Source: Acaryochloridaceae cyanobacterium VAR_48_metabat_390 (GTDB lineage Bacteria > Cyanobacteriota > Cyanobacteriia > Thermosynechococcales > Thermosynechococcaceae). From it: 26,102 bases of DNA. Position numbers and translations under genes: made by a program. The stretch is taken from contig JANPLU010000104.1 in NCBI GenBank assembly GCA_031422435.1, positions 1 to 26,102 of the forward strand, given 5' to 3'. This document shows, piece after piece, positions 1-8,654 of the stretch; position 1 is the first letter of the stretch, and each line of letters opens with the position of its first letter. The notes beneath the pieces were generated by a model, which searched no databases, had not been told where the DNA came from, and saw only the letters and a list, made by a program, of their open reading frames with translations.

Positions 1-473
1 TCTCCTTCACTGAGGCCAAAGACAATCTGCAAAATCATCTCTAGGCTGATTTTCTGCATGACCGTTCGCGCGATAAATGGCTGACCCACTTGCCATTGAC
101 TGGCAACTTTTTCAGTAATTAGGCAAATTTGGTTTGCGTAAGTCTGGAGCCGTTCGCCATGAAAGGGCGGCATTAATAGTTTTCGCTCGCGCCGATGGCG
201 ATCGCCATCGATCAACATCAGAGAATTTTTTCCAACCAACGGCTCCGCAAGGGCATTTCCGCGCCCCACATCAAACTTGGCATCTTGGCTAAAGATCTCC
301 TGGATTGCCTGCGGATTGCCAACCACCACATAAGATCCAATGCCCCTCAGCCGCATGGTGAAAATATCCCCATACTGTCGGCTGTATTTGTCCTGGAACC
401 CCAGCGGGTCGGCGATCCAATGAATAAGCTGCCACCAGGATGGACGGGTAATACAGTTGGGTAATTGACTCAC
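1..473 (-). CDS. Cytochrome P450, CYP110-like (5' part; runs off the window edge)
   Basis: Not in the ORF track. My translation from GTG at 473 is open to base 1: [42 protein letters not shown]...[26 protein letters not shown]...ILQIVFG. The YGDIF and [18 protein letters not shown] motifs match cyanobacterial CYP110 N-termini. The heme Cys motif lies outside the window. Confidence 0.9.
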   Translation of the reverse strand, partial: MSQLPNCITRPSWWQLIHWIADPLGFQDKYSRQYGDIFTMRLRGIGSYVVVGNPQAIQEIFSQDAKFDVGRGNALAEPLVGKNSLMLIDGDRHRRERKLLMPPFHGERLQTYANQICLITEKVASQWQVGQPFIARTVMQKISLEMILQIVFGLSEG

Positions 474-477
474 AATG

Positions 478-572
478 ATATTTTCCCGCTGAGTTAAACG
501 CATAATTTAACTCTACATTAGGGAAAAATATGCAGGGGCGACCTGCCTCTGTAGGGTACGGGCAACCCTACA
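478..572. repeat. Cluster of inverted repeats, including a GTAG-type REP-like hairpin, between the DUF2126 stop and the P450 start
   Basis: GAGTTAAA(491-498)-N7-TTTAACTC(506-513), nested in TATTTTCCC(479-487)/GGGAAAAATA(521-530); GCAGG-N5-CCTGC (532-546); TGTAGGGT-N7-ACCCTACA (550-572). Confidence 0.7.
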
Positions 573-577
573 AAGAT

Positions 578-2866
578 TTAGCGATCAACTCTAGTGATCG
601 CCCACCGCAGGTCAAGGGTCAGCGGAGACGTTGAATGTACGTAGAGAGGCGGTATTTTAACGGGTGCTGGCTGGGGTGCTGCTGGCGCAACCCGCGATCG
701 CCTCCTTTTCTCCGCCTCCTCAGCAGTTTTAGGCGGGGTGCTGTATTCTGCGGGGAGTTGGACGCGGTAGGTGCATCCACCCTGCGATCGCCCTGTCTCG
801 GTTTCTACCACTTCAAAGGTGAGGGTGGCTTCAGGGGCGATCGCAGCATACTCCAGTCCTGCAAAAGGCTTTGCCCTAAACCGTACCCCAGCCACCGCAA
901 GCCCCGCTTCCGGTACGGTTTGCATAGGAAGCAACTGTCTCTGACACAGTACGCTGTAGCGCTCTGGCTCACTGCATCGCAGCAAAACCTGGAGCCGCTC
1001 CATTGAGTCATCGACGGGTCGAGAGGTGCCGCTAAGCGTGGCTTTCTCTGGCAGCACAGGCCACATTTCTAGGGCGTGGCTTAGCTCCAAACAAAGGCTA
1101 GGGTCTTCTGCAAGCGTGACTTGACCGTAAATCGGAAATCGACTTTCAAAAAACGATGCAAACCAAGCGAGTTCAAACCCAAAGCCCACCGTCTTGAGTT
1201 CATCCAAAATCGCCGCCATATCAGCCTCTAAAAAGTAGGGCAAAAAGAACTGATCGTGGAGCTTTGGCCCCCAATGGATCATGGGTTGCCGATAGGGATG
1301 AGTCCAGAAGTAGGCGACGAGTGCCCTCACCAGCAAAAGCTGCAGCAGCCGCAGTTGGGGGCTGTGGGGCATCTCAAACGCCCGAAACTCCAGTATCCCC
1401 AACTGCATTGGGCGAATGTCTACCGGAAAAAGCTTGTCAATGCAGAGTGCAGCGCGATGGGTGTTGCCCGTCATGTCAATCAGTAAAGGTCTTAGAAGCT
1501 GGTCCATCAGCTCTGGCGTTATCTCCACCGACTGTTCTAATGCCCGAAACGCCATGTCAAGCTCATACAGCCCTTCGTGGCGAGACTCATCTACGCGAGG
1601 AGCCTGACTGGATGGCCCGACAAACAAGCCAGAAAAGAGGTACGACAGACTGGGGTGGTGCTGCCAGTAGGTGATCAAACTTTGCAGTAAATCAGGGCGC
1701 AGCAGCAGCGGACTTTCAGCGGGGATTTTGCCGCCCAGCGTAATGTGGGCACCTCCCCCCGTGCTGAGCACCCGTCCGTCTCGCGCATACTTTGTAGTTC
1801 CCAGTCCACAACCCTCCGCAATCTCATGCAGCGTGAGGGTTTGATGCAGCAGCGCGTTCCAATTTGCAACAGGGTGAATATTCACCTCAATTACCCCTGG
1901 ATCGGGCGTAATTTGGAACCCCTCAATACCAGAATTTAGCGGCGCACTGTACCCTTCTAAGCGCACCGGACAGTTTAGCTGTGCCGCCGTTTGCTCTAGA
2001 GCACTCACTAGGTCTGCAAAGGCGATCGCCGAAGCAAAGGGCGGAATAAAAACAGACACCATGCTATCCCGTACCTCAACGGCAAGGGAAACCTGGATGG
2101 TGTTAAGGGGCATTACTTTTGCCCTTCCCTTTTTGAGGGTCACGACGTTTGATAACGGCGCGTTGATTTCCCACGCCAGTTCCTCAGGTCGATCAATATC
2201 ACTCAAAGGCAGCCGCATTCCAATAGGCGTTTGGCCTGGACGCAGCACAAACGGAACTTTTCCGTAAGGCTCACCCTCGTGAGTCCAGATACACGAAGCC
2301 CAATGCCAATCTTTAGAGCTAGGCTGACCATATTCATCGGCATCATCGACTGCCAGCAGCGGTAAGACAAACCCGACAATAGCTTCGCACCCAGAGTCCG
2401 CTCTCTCATCACTCTCCCAAGCGGCAATAATGAGGTCAGTGCTAAGGCCAATCTGCCGAGTAAACCCCTCCATAAATGCTTTTGCATCTGATGGTTGATG
2501 ACTGTAGCTACAATTTTCATGCGCCATCAGTGCAGGATTTTGCCAGAGCGGATGTTTATCTACTCGCCAGAAACAGCCAAAAGCCCAGCGAGGATAGGGT
2601 TCACCCGGGTAAAGTTTGCCCATGCCGTACTGTAACAGAAACCCTGGTGGTGCAAAGCTCGCCGCTAGCTTGTGCAATAGCTCTACCGCAACCTGACGCT
2701 TATGATCGCCCAGCGCCAAGATATACCATTCCGGTAAATCTAGATAATCGAGGGCAATGTAAGTTGGCTCACCCCCCATCGTCAGTCCAACTTGATTATG
2801 CTGAAGCACATCTTCTACCTGGTTGCCTAGGCAAAGAATAGATTTCCACTGGTAGTCTGTTAACAA
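578..2866 (-). CDS. DUF2126 putative amidoligase (COOH-NH2 ligase-like), without an N-terminal transglutaminase domain
   Basis: 762 aa ORF with the motifs LTMGGEPT, GKLYPGEPYPRW, TPDPGVIEVNIHP, TGGGAH, HPSLSYLFSG, SQAPRVDE, GNTHRA and EFRAFEMP. An in-frame TAA at 2903-2905 excludes a longer N-terminus. Start is TTG. Confidence 0.85.
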   Translation of the reverse strand: MLTDYQWKSILCLGNQVEDVLQHNQVGLTMGGEPTYIALDYLDLPEWYILALGDHKRQVAVELLHKLAASFAPPGFLLQYGMGKLYPGEPYPRWAFGCFWRVDKHPLWQNPALMAHENCSYSHQPSDAKAFMEGFTRQIGLSTDLIIAAWESDERADSGCEAIVGFVLPLLAVDDADEYGQPSSKDWHWASCIWTHEGEPYGKVPFVLRPGQTPIGMRLPLSDIDRPEELAWEINAPLSNVVTLKKGRAKVMPLNTIQVSLAVEVRDSMVSVFIPPFASAIAFADLVSALEQTAAQLNCPVRLEGYSAPLNSGIEGFQITPDPGVIEVNIHPVANWNALLHQTLTLHEIAEGCGLGTTKYARDGRVLSTGGGAHITLGGKIPAESPLLLRPDLLQSLITYWQHHPSLSYLFSGLFVGPSSQAPRVDESRHEGLYELDMAFRALEQSVEITPELMDQLLRPLLIDMTGNTHRAALCIDKLFPVDIRPMQLGILEFRAFEMPHSPQLRLLQLLLVRALVAYFWTHPYRQPMIHWGPKLHDQFFLPYFLEADMAAILDELKTVGFGFELAWFASFFESRFPIYGQVTLAEDPSLCLELSHALEMWPVLPEKATLSGTSRPVDDSMERLQVLLRCSEPERYSVLCQRQLLPMQTVPEAGLAVAGVRFRAKPFAGLEYAAIAPEATLTFEVVETETGRSQGGCTYRVQLPAEYSTPPKTAEEAEKRRRSRVAPAAPQPAPVKIPPLYVHSTSPLTLDLRWAITRVDR

Positions 2867-2911
2867 AGGCTCACCGTCACTTCGCTGAGGGTAAGGTAAA
2901 CTTTATCTCAC

Positions 2912-2941
2912 AATTGGCTTCAGGCTACAATGAAACCAATT
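2912..2941. promoter_or_regulatory. Imperfect 11-8-11 inverted repeat in the divergent promoter region
   Basis: AATTGGCTTCA-GGCTACAA-TGAAACCAATT with 10 of 11 positions paired; overlaps a -10-like TACAAT at 2926-2931. Confidence 0.45.
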
Positions 2942-3054
2942 CACTCACGGTAATATTCAAGCCAGTTCTCATCTAGGGCATACAAAAATGCTGCTCACAA
3001 ATCGGCGCTAGTTTCTCGCTTAAGTGTGATTTTGCTCCAATTTTTGCAAGTGCG

Positions 3055-3474
3055 GTGTCCCGAGTTAAGACTTTTAAGATTGACCTAGAGACGACCTACC
3101 CTTGCCCTTGTCGAAAAAGGGGGCGGCTTTCTCCAATTGTGTTGACCGAGGCTTTTGGATGTGACCAGTGCCATCAAATTTTTGCGGTTCGTGGGGATGG
3201 CTATATTTTAGAGCAGCTCTCAAGCATTTACCCTTATCAGCAGCTTTGGTACTGGACGGGAAAAGACTGGATCTTAGTGCGTCGCCCGTTTCATCAGCGT
3301 GGTTTTGTATGGCTCATGGGCGCTGTGACGGCTTTGTTTGTGATAACGCTTTGTTTGCTGATTCTGTTCCATATACCGTTTGACCGCCGTGTCATGGTAT
3401 GGATGTTATTGACGATTTTTATTGCGCTAATGGTGAGCCTTATGGTTTGGGTCACCATTTATCGAAGGCATTAG
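3055..3474 (+). CDS. Hypothetical membrane protein with an N-terminal Cys cluster (CPC...CxxC, possible Zn ribbon) and two C-terminal transmembrane helices
   Basis: 139 aa; YPCPC and EAFGCDQC, followed by two hydrophobic stretches; 45 bp upstream of the ProA-like gene on the same strand. Confidence 0.75.
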   Translation: MSRVKTFKIDLETTYPCPCRKRGRLSPIVLTEAFGCDQCHQIFAVRGDGYILEQLSSIYPYQQLWYWTGKDWILVRRPFHQRGFVWLMGAVTALFVITLCLLILFHIPFDRRVMVWMLLTIFIALMVSLMVWVTIYRRH

Positions 3475-3519
3475 TGATTGCGTTAGCCCTGTGTCCTCTC
3501 TGTTTGTTTAGGTTGACCG

Positions 3520-4794
3520 ATGCATGATTCACAGTCTTTGACCCTGAAGGCTTTGGTTGACCAAGCGCAGCAGGCCTCTACTCATCTTGCTCAGTCTTCT
3601 GTTCAGGCACGGAATCTGGTGCTCAAAGACTTGGCGATCGCCCTCCAGTCTCACCAAGATGCGATTCTCGAAGCCAATACCCTTGATCTAGAAACCACAC
3701 GAAACCTAGCGGTGACGGATTTGGTGCTGCAATGGCTTAAGCTCACTCCAGATCGACTGGCAGTGGTTCGTCAATTTATTGAGCAGTTGGTGGGGTTGCC
3801 AGACCCGCTTCAGGTGCGCAGTGGCACGGTGGCAAATTCTTTGTATAGCCTCAGCGGCTTTCGCGTGATGCCACTAGGGGTGGTGTGTGGCCTGTATGAG
3901 TTTTTACCGGAGTTTCCGGTGTTGCTGGCAAGTTTGTGCCTTAAGACGGGCAATAGCCTAATGGTGCGGGGCAGTGCCGAAACTAGCAACACCCATCGAC
4001 TGTTCTCAGATCTGATTGCGGCAGTCTTAAGTAGAGGGAAGCTAGACCCGCGCTGTTTCTTTAGCTTTGAGAGCGATCGCACCGTTACGCCCAAAGATCT
4101 CGTGGCTCAGGCGCTGCCCATTGACCTTGTAATTCCCTACGGTCGCCCGAGCTTTATTAAAGACATTGCCCAGCAGAAGACGGCTCCCATGCTAACGCCA
4201 GTGATGGGTAACAGCTACTTATTTTGGTCATCGACAGGCAGCAGCGATTTGGTGCGCAGCATTATTGTAGATAGTCACATCGGGGCGCCGGATGCGGTGA
4301 ATGCGATCGAGAAGGTAATCATTACGCCCAATACCAATTTTTCGCTGCTTAACGTGGTATTTAATCACCTGCGCGAGAAGAAGTTTACCCTTAAAGGCGA
4401 TGAAACCCTAACGGCAGAGTTTCCCGAGCTTGCATTGGCCGAACCACAGGAGTGGTCTACGTCCTATCTTAGTAAGACCGTTGCGTTTAAGGTGGTAAGT
4501 TCTGTGGCGGAGGGCATTCAATGGATGAACGCTCACAGTAACGGTCATGCAGACTGTATGGTGACGGATTCTTACCGAGAGAGTCAGCAGTTTACCTTGG
4601 GTACCACCAGCGCGATGGCTTTTATTAACGCGTCTTCTCGCTTTTCTAGATTAGTCAGTGGCCCCTACGGAACGGTTGCTTTGGGGATGGTGGGCAATAG
4701 CTCATTTCACCAGGGTGCGATTGGCATAGAAACGCTTCTAAAGCGCAGTCATGTTATTCAAGGGGTTGGGGCTAATATTTCGGGTTCGCTTTAG
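3520..4794 (+). CDS. Gamma-glutamyl phosphate reductase (ProA)-like paralog, divergent, catalytic Cys absent
   Basis: 424 aa with ILEANxLD, LKL, PLGV, LKTGN..RG, IDLVIPYG, HAD and FINASSRF as in ProA. The active-site CN motif reads PDAVNAIEK. Confidence 0.8.
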   Translation: MHDSQSLTLKALVDQAQQASTHLAQSSVQARNLVLKDLAIALQSHQDAILEANTLDLETTRNLAVTDLVLQWLKLTPDRLAVVRQFIEQLVGLPDPLQVRSGTVANSLYSLSGFRVMPLGVVCGLYEFLPEFPVLLASLCLKTGNSLMVRGSAETSNTHRLFSDLIAAVLSRGKLDPRCFFSFESDRTVTPKDLVAQALPIDLVIPYGRPSFIKDIAQQKTAPMLTPVMGNSYLFWSSTGSSDLVRSIIVDSHIGAPDAVNAIEKVIITPNTNFSLLNVVFNHLREKKFTLKGDETLTAEFPELALAEPQEWSTSYLSKTVAFKVVSSVAEGIQWMNAHSNGHADCMVTDSYRESQQFTLGTTSAMAFINASSRFSRLVSGPYGTVALGMVGNSSFHQGAIGIETLLKRSHVIQGVGANISGSL

Positions 4795-4966
4795 ACTTAG
4801 CCTGTGGGCGCATCTTTTGAAGGGGATTTTTTATGGCGGCGGCAGCGCTCAGAGCAGTATTTTACGTCATCCCAACAGTCAGCCCACTTTTTGCGCCAGG
4901 TAAATGAGAGGCCGCACACGAGGCAGGTTTTGGTAGGGAAATCGGACTTAGCGCGTTGACGAGCCA

Positions 4967-5650
4967 TTAGGGTTTCTTAAAAGTAGAGATGAGCTGACGC
5001 TGCATTGCCACCGTGACGGCTTGGGTGCGATCGCACACCTCTAGCTTATGCAAAATGGCATGAACATGCACCCGCACAGTACCCGATGCAATGTAGAGTT
5101 CTTCGGCAATCTCTGGGTTGGTTTTGCCCTCGGCGACCAGCAGCAAAATTTCTTGCTCGCGTTGGGTTAAAGGATTGCTGCCATTTGAAGGTTTAGATAG
5201 CGCCTTTGTGCTGTTTTCATTAGAACCAAAGGTAGCCTGAATCTCTTTGGTCGCAGCCTGATCCCACCAAGAGGCACCCGCAGCCAAAGAGCGTAGCGCC
5301 AAGACCAATGTTTCTGCCGCAATGCCCTTGAGGCAATAGCCCTGCGCACCTGCTTCAATCAGACGCGTAATGAGGGACGGTTGAGCGTGAGACGTGAGTA
5401 TCAATACAGGCAGATGGGGCTGTCTTTGCTTAATTTGACGACAGGCTTCAATGCCACCAATGCCGGGTAGACCCACATCTAGCAACACAATATCTAGTAC
5501 CGTTTGGCTGACCAGCTCAATCGCGGTTTCTCCATCCTCAGCTTCTGCCACAATTTCTAGATCTGGCTCTTGCCCAAGCCGAACCAACAACCCTAGACGA
5601 AACAGTTCATCGTCTTCCACAAGCAAAATCCGAAAGGGTGTAAGAACCAT
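4967..5650 (-). CDS. NarL/LuxR-family two-component response regulator
   Basis: Receiver domain ([15 protein letters not shown]) and LuxR HTH ([26 protein letters not shown]). The real start is probably ATG at 5650, 1 bp after the kinase stop, rather than 5779. Confidence 0.92.
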   Translation of the reverse strand: MVLTPFRILLVEDDELFRLGLLVRLGQEPDLEIVAEAEDGETAIELVSQTVLDIVLLDVGLPGIGGIEACRQIKQRQPHLPVLILTSHAQPSLITRLIEAGAQGYCLKGIAAETLVLALRSLAAGASWWDQAATKEIQATFGSNENSTKALSKPSNGSNPLTQREQEILLLVAEGKTNPEIAEELYIASGTVRVHVHAILHKLEVCDRTQAVTVAMQRQLISTFKKP

Positions 5651-5651
5651 T

Positions 5652-6752
5652 TCACGAAGCCTGAGAGAACTGAAACGGCAGCACCGGAAGTTTGAAGCCA
5701 AAGACAGCACCTCTAGAGACACTATTCGGAGATGACTGTCTATTTTCTGCCCAGATTTTACCACCGTGAGCTTCAACAATTTGGCGCGATAGGTATAGCC
5801 CTAGCCCTGAACCTTTGGCTTGGCGATCGCCATGTCCCTGATAAAACCGCTCAAACAGTCGCGGAAACTCATCGGGCTGAATGCCTGCGCCTGTGTCTAG
5901 GATTTTCACGACCTGATACGAAGGTTGAGACTCTAGCATGACCTCAATGCGATCGCCCCGTCGAGAATGATTAATCGCATTGACGAGCAGGTTAATAAAC
6001 ACGCGCTGAAGCTGAAGGGCATCGCCATTGACCCAGAGCGATTGCCGAAAGTCTGATGCACCGTAGCTAAACCCAATATGGACGCGACGCGCAGCAGCTA
6101 AGTCCATGAGCGTGCTGGCAGATTCTTCAGCAAGGAGGATTAAATCGAGCGGTGCTAAATGAAGCGTGAGTCCTTCGGTGTCATTGCGATAGATATCTAG
6201 GAGGGTTTCTAGTAGCTGTAGGCTGGTTTGGTGACTGTGAGTAAGCGTATCTAATACTTTTTTTTGGCTAGGCTGCACTGCACCAAACTGCTCTTTTTGG
6301 AACGCTTTTAGGGTTTCGATTGCGCCTAAAATTGGCGTTTTGAGATCGTGGGTAAGGGTGGAGGCAAAGTCTTCTCGCAGTTGGGCAAGCTGTACCTGAG
6401 ACTGGAGTTTAGCCTGCTGCTGGGCGATCGCCGTTTCGTAGTGGCGGTTGCGATCGCTTAGGATGGCGGTGATGACGAGGGCGATCGCGGCAAGAATGCG
6501 GCTGGCGATCGTGGAGGATTCAATGATTTCATTGCCAGGAATGTGGAGATTGAGCAGGGTTAGGACAACAGCGGTGATCGTGGCGAGAATGGCGGCTTTG
6601 CGTCCAAGGCGAGAGTTAGCAAGCAGAATAGGACCGATGTAGAAATAGCCAAAGATGTAGTTGGGCGGGGTTAAAAATTCCAGAGCAAAGATACCGACAA
6701 AGAGTGTGGCAATAAACCAAGGTACGCCAGAGCCAAATTTAGGAAAAGCCAT
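5652..6752 (-). CDS. Membrane sensor histidine kinase, probably Kdp-associated
   Basis: About four N-terminal hydrophobic segments, H-box THDLKTP, N-box NLLVNAINH, DTGAGI, F-box LFERFY and G2 box GSGLGL. Confidence 0.92.
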   Translation of the reverse strand: MAFPKFGSGVPWFIATLFVGIFALEFLTPPNYIFGYFYIGPILLANSRLGRKAAILATITAVVLTLLNLHIPGNEIIESSTIASRILAAIALVITAILSDRNRHYETAIAQQQAKLQSQVQLAQLREDFASTLTHDLKTPILGAIETLKAFQKEQFGAVQPSQKKVLDTLTHSHQTSLQLLETLLDIYRNDTEGLTLHLAPLDLILLAEESASTLMDLAAARRVHIGFSYGASDFRQSLWVNGDALQLQRVFINLLVNAINHSRRGDRIEVMLESQPSYQVVKILDTGAGIQPDEFPRLFERFYQGHGDRQAKGSGLGLYLSRQIVEAHGGKIWAENRQSSPNSVSRGAVFGFKLPVLPFQFSQAS

Positions 6753-6780
6753 TTAGGGAAGACATCTCACAATATGTTTT

Positions 6781-6828
6781 TCTAAACGCTGTTTAGAGAT
6801 CTAAACGCTAATCTATACCGCTCTATAC
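6781..6828. promoter_or_regulatory. Array of TCTAWAC heptamers in the kinase/kdpA divergent promoter (candidate regulator binding sites)
   Basis: TCTAAAC at 6781, inverted GTTTAGA at 6791, TCTAAAC at 6800, TCTATAC at 6812 and TCTATAC at 6822. Confidence 0.6.
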
Positions 6829-6905
6829 CTTCTTTTTGCTGAACGATCGCAGTTTGATGGAGGGTGAGATCAAAACATCAAAACCCTTCAGGCGGTTTTA
6901 CATTC

Positions 6906-8651
6906 ATGCTACAAGGCTGGTTTCAAATTGCCCTAACGCTGCTGCTTATCGTGGCGATAACCCCTTTGCTGGGCAGGTATATGGCTCGTGTTTACCTAGG
7001 CGAAAGGTCTTTTCTAGATCGGATTCTGAATCCGGTTGAGCGCGTTATTTACGGGCTAGTAGGCATACAGCCACGAGAAAGCATGACGGGCTGGCAGTAC
7101 GCACGGGCGATTCTGTACAGCAACGTCGTGATGGTTGCGCTCATTATTTTTATCATTGCCAATCAAGGTTGGTTGCCTCTCAACCCCACAGGTGTCGGTG
7201 CCCCAACCTGGGATACGACGCTGCATACCGCGATTTCTTTTATTACCAACACCAATCAGCAGCACTACTCTGGCGAAACCTACCTTAGCTATGGCAGTCA
7301 AATGTGGGCGCTGGGCTACCCCATGTTTACGTCGGCAGCGACGGGGCTGGCTGTTGGTATTGCGTTTATCCGAGGGTTGACGGGTCGGCCTTTGGGTAAC
7401 CTTTATGTGGATTTAATTCGCTCGATTACCCGCATTTTGCTGCCGATTAGCATTGTGGGGGCTGTTATTTTTATTGCAGCAGGCGTACCAGAAACGTTAT
7501 CGGGGCCAGCAGTGGTGGCCACCCTCGAAGACCCTGCGGTGAGTCAGGCGATCGCCCGTGGTCCGGTGGCGCACTTTGAAATCATTAAACAGCTCGGCGA
7601 AAATGGGGGCGGATTTTTTGCCATCAATGCAGCCCACCCCTTCGAGAATCCGAGTCCGTTTACAAATTTGCTCCAAATTATTGGGCTGATGGCAATTCCC
7701 AGTAGCCTGATTTATACCTATGGCGTGTTTGCCAACAACCGAAAACAGGCATGGCTCGTCTATGGCATGGTGCTTGTTCTCTATGTGGCGTTCATTATTG
7801 TGACGGCGATTGGCGAATACCAGGGCAACCCTGCGGTCAATGCGCTGCTCGGCGGTCAGGCACCCAACCTAGAAGGCAAAGAAGTTCGGTTTGGGTGGGC
7901 GCAGTCTGCCCTGTACGCTGTCTCGACCACAGGAACCATGACGGGCGCAGTCAACAGTCTGCACGATTCGTTTATGCCTAGTGGGGGTTTTGTGACCCTC
8001 TCTGATATGTTTTTACAAATTATTTGGGGTGGACAGGGCACTGGAACAGCCTATTTATTCACCTACATGATTTTAGCGGTGTTTGTGACAGGGCTAATGG
8101 TAGGCCGCACACCGGAATTTTTGGGGCGCAAGATTGAGAAGCGCGAGGTGGTACTTGCCAGCTTTTTGCTGCTGCTGATTCACCCGATCGCCATTCTAAT
8201 TCCAGGTGCAATTACGCTAAACTTCCCCGATCAGTTGGGCGGCATCAGTAACCCTGGGTTTCACGGGCTAGCTCAGGTGATTTACGAGTACGCCTCAGCC
8301 GCTGCCAACAACGGGTCTGGGTTTGAGGGGCTAGGGGATTCCCAGCCGTCACCCTTTGCGATCGCCGCTGGCGCTACCCCTACCGCCACTGCCCTCTGGT
8401 GGAACCTCAGCACCTGCTTTAGCTTACTGATGGGGCGCTATGTCCCCATTACGGCGCTACTGCTGTTGGCAGACAGTATGTCTCGTAAGCAGCCTGTCCC
8501 TATGACCACAGGCACCCTTCGTACCGACACCGGACTCTTTATTGGCGTAACCGGAGGCGTGATTTTAATTCTGGGTGCCCTAACCTTCTTCCCCATTCTG
8601 GCTCTTGGCCCCATTGCCGAAGCCTTTCAAATTGCCAAAGGGATTGGATAA
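6906..8651 (+). CDS. kdpA: K+-transporting ATPase subunit KdpA
   Basis: Selectivity-filter segments [22 protein letters not shown] and NNGSGF, plus GRTPEFLG. Likely start ATG at 6906 (MLQGW); the ORF track starts at 6864. Confidence 0.97.
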   Translation: MLQGWFQIALTLLLIVAITPLLGRYMARVYLGERSFLDRILNPVERVIYGLVGIQPRESMTGWQYARAILYSNVVMVALIIFIIANQGWLPLNPTGVGAPTWDTTLHTAISFITNTNQQHYSGETYLSYGSQMWALGYPMFTSAATGLAVGIAFIRGLTGRPLGNLYVDLIRSITRILLPISIVGAVIFIAAGVPETLSGPAVVATLEDPAVSQAIARGPVAHFEIIKQLGENGGGFFAINAAHPFENPSPFTNLLQIIGLMAIPSSLIYTYGVFANNRKQAWLVYGMVLVLYVAFIIVTAIGEYQGNPAVNALLGGQAPNLEGKEVRFGWAQSALYAVSTTGTMTGAVNSLHDSFMPSGGFVTLSDMFLQIIWGGQGTGTAYLFTYMILAVFVTGLMVGRTPEFLGRKIEKREVVLASFLLLLIHPIAILIPGAITLNFPDQLGGISNPGFHGLAQVIYEYASAAANNGSGFEGLGDSQPSPFAIAAGATPTATALWWNLSTCFSLLMGRYVPITALLLLADSMSRKQPVPMTTGTLRTDTGLFIGVTGGVILILGALTFFPILALGPIAEAFQIAKGIG

Positions 8652-8654
8652 ACA

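Noticed and set aside
193..210. Perfect 18-bp palindrome CGATGGCGATCGCCATCG
   Set aside because: A HIP1 site extended by the codons of the conserved DGDRHR P450 motif; single and intragenic.
195..464. 89-aa plus-strand ORF
   Set aside because: Antisense shadow of the P450 gene, which carries the recognisable motifs.
5651..5779. N-terminal extensions in the ORF track (response regulator 5779, kdpA 6864, kdpC 10982, cobO-like 14214, TPR 18410, partner 25433)
   Set aside because: They overlap neighbouring genes or promoters; downstream ATGs fit family N-termini or translational coupling better.
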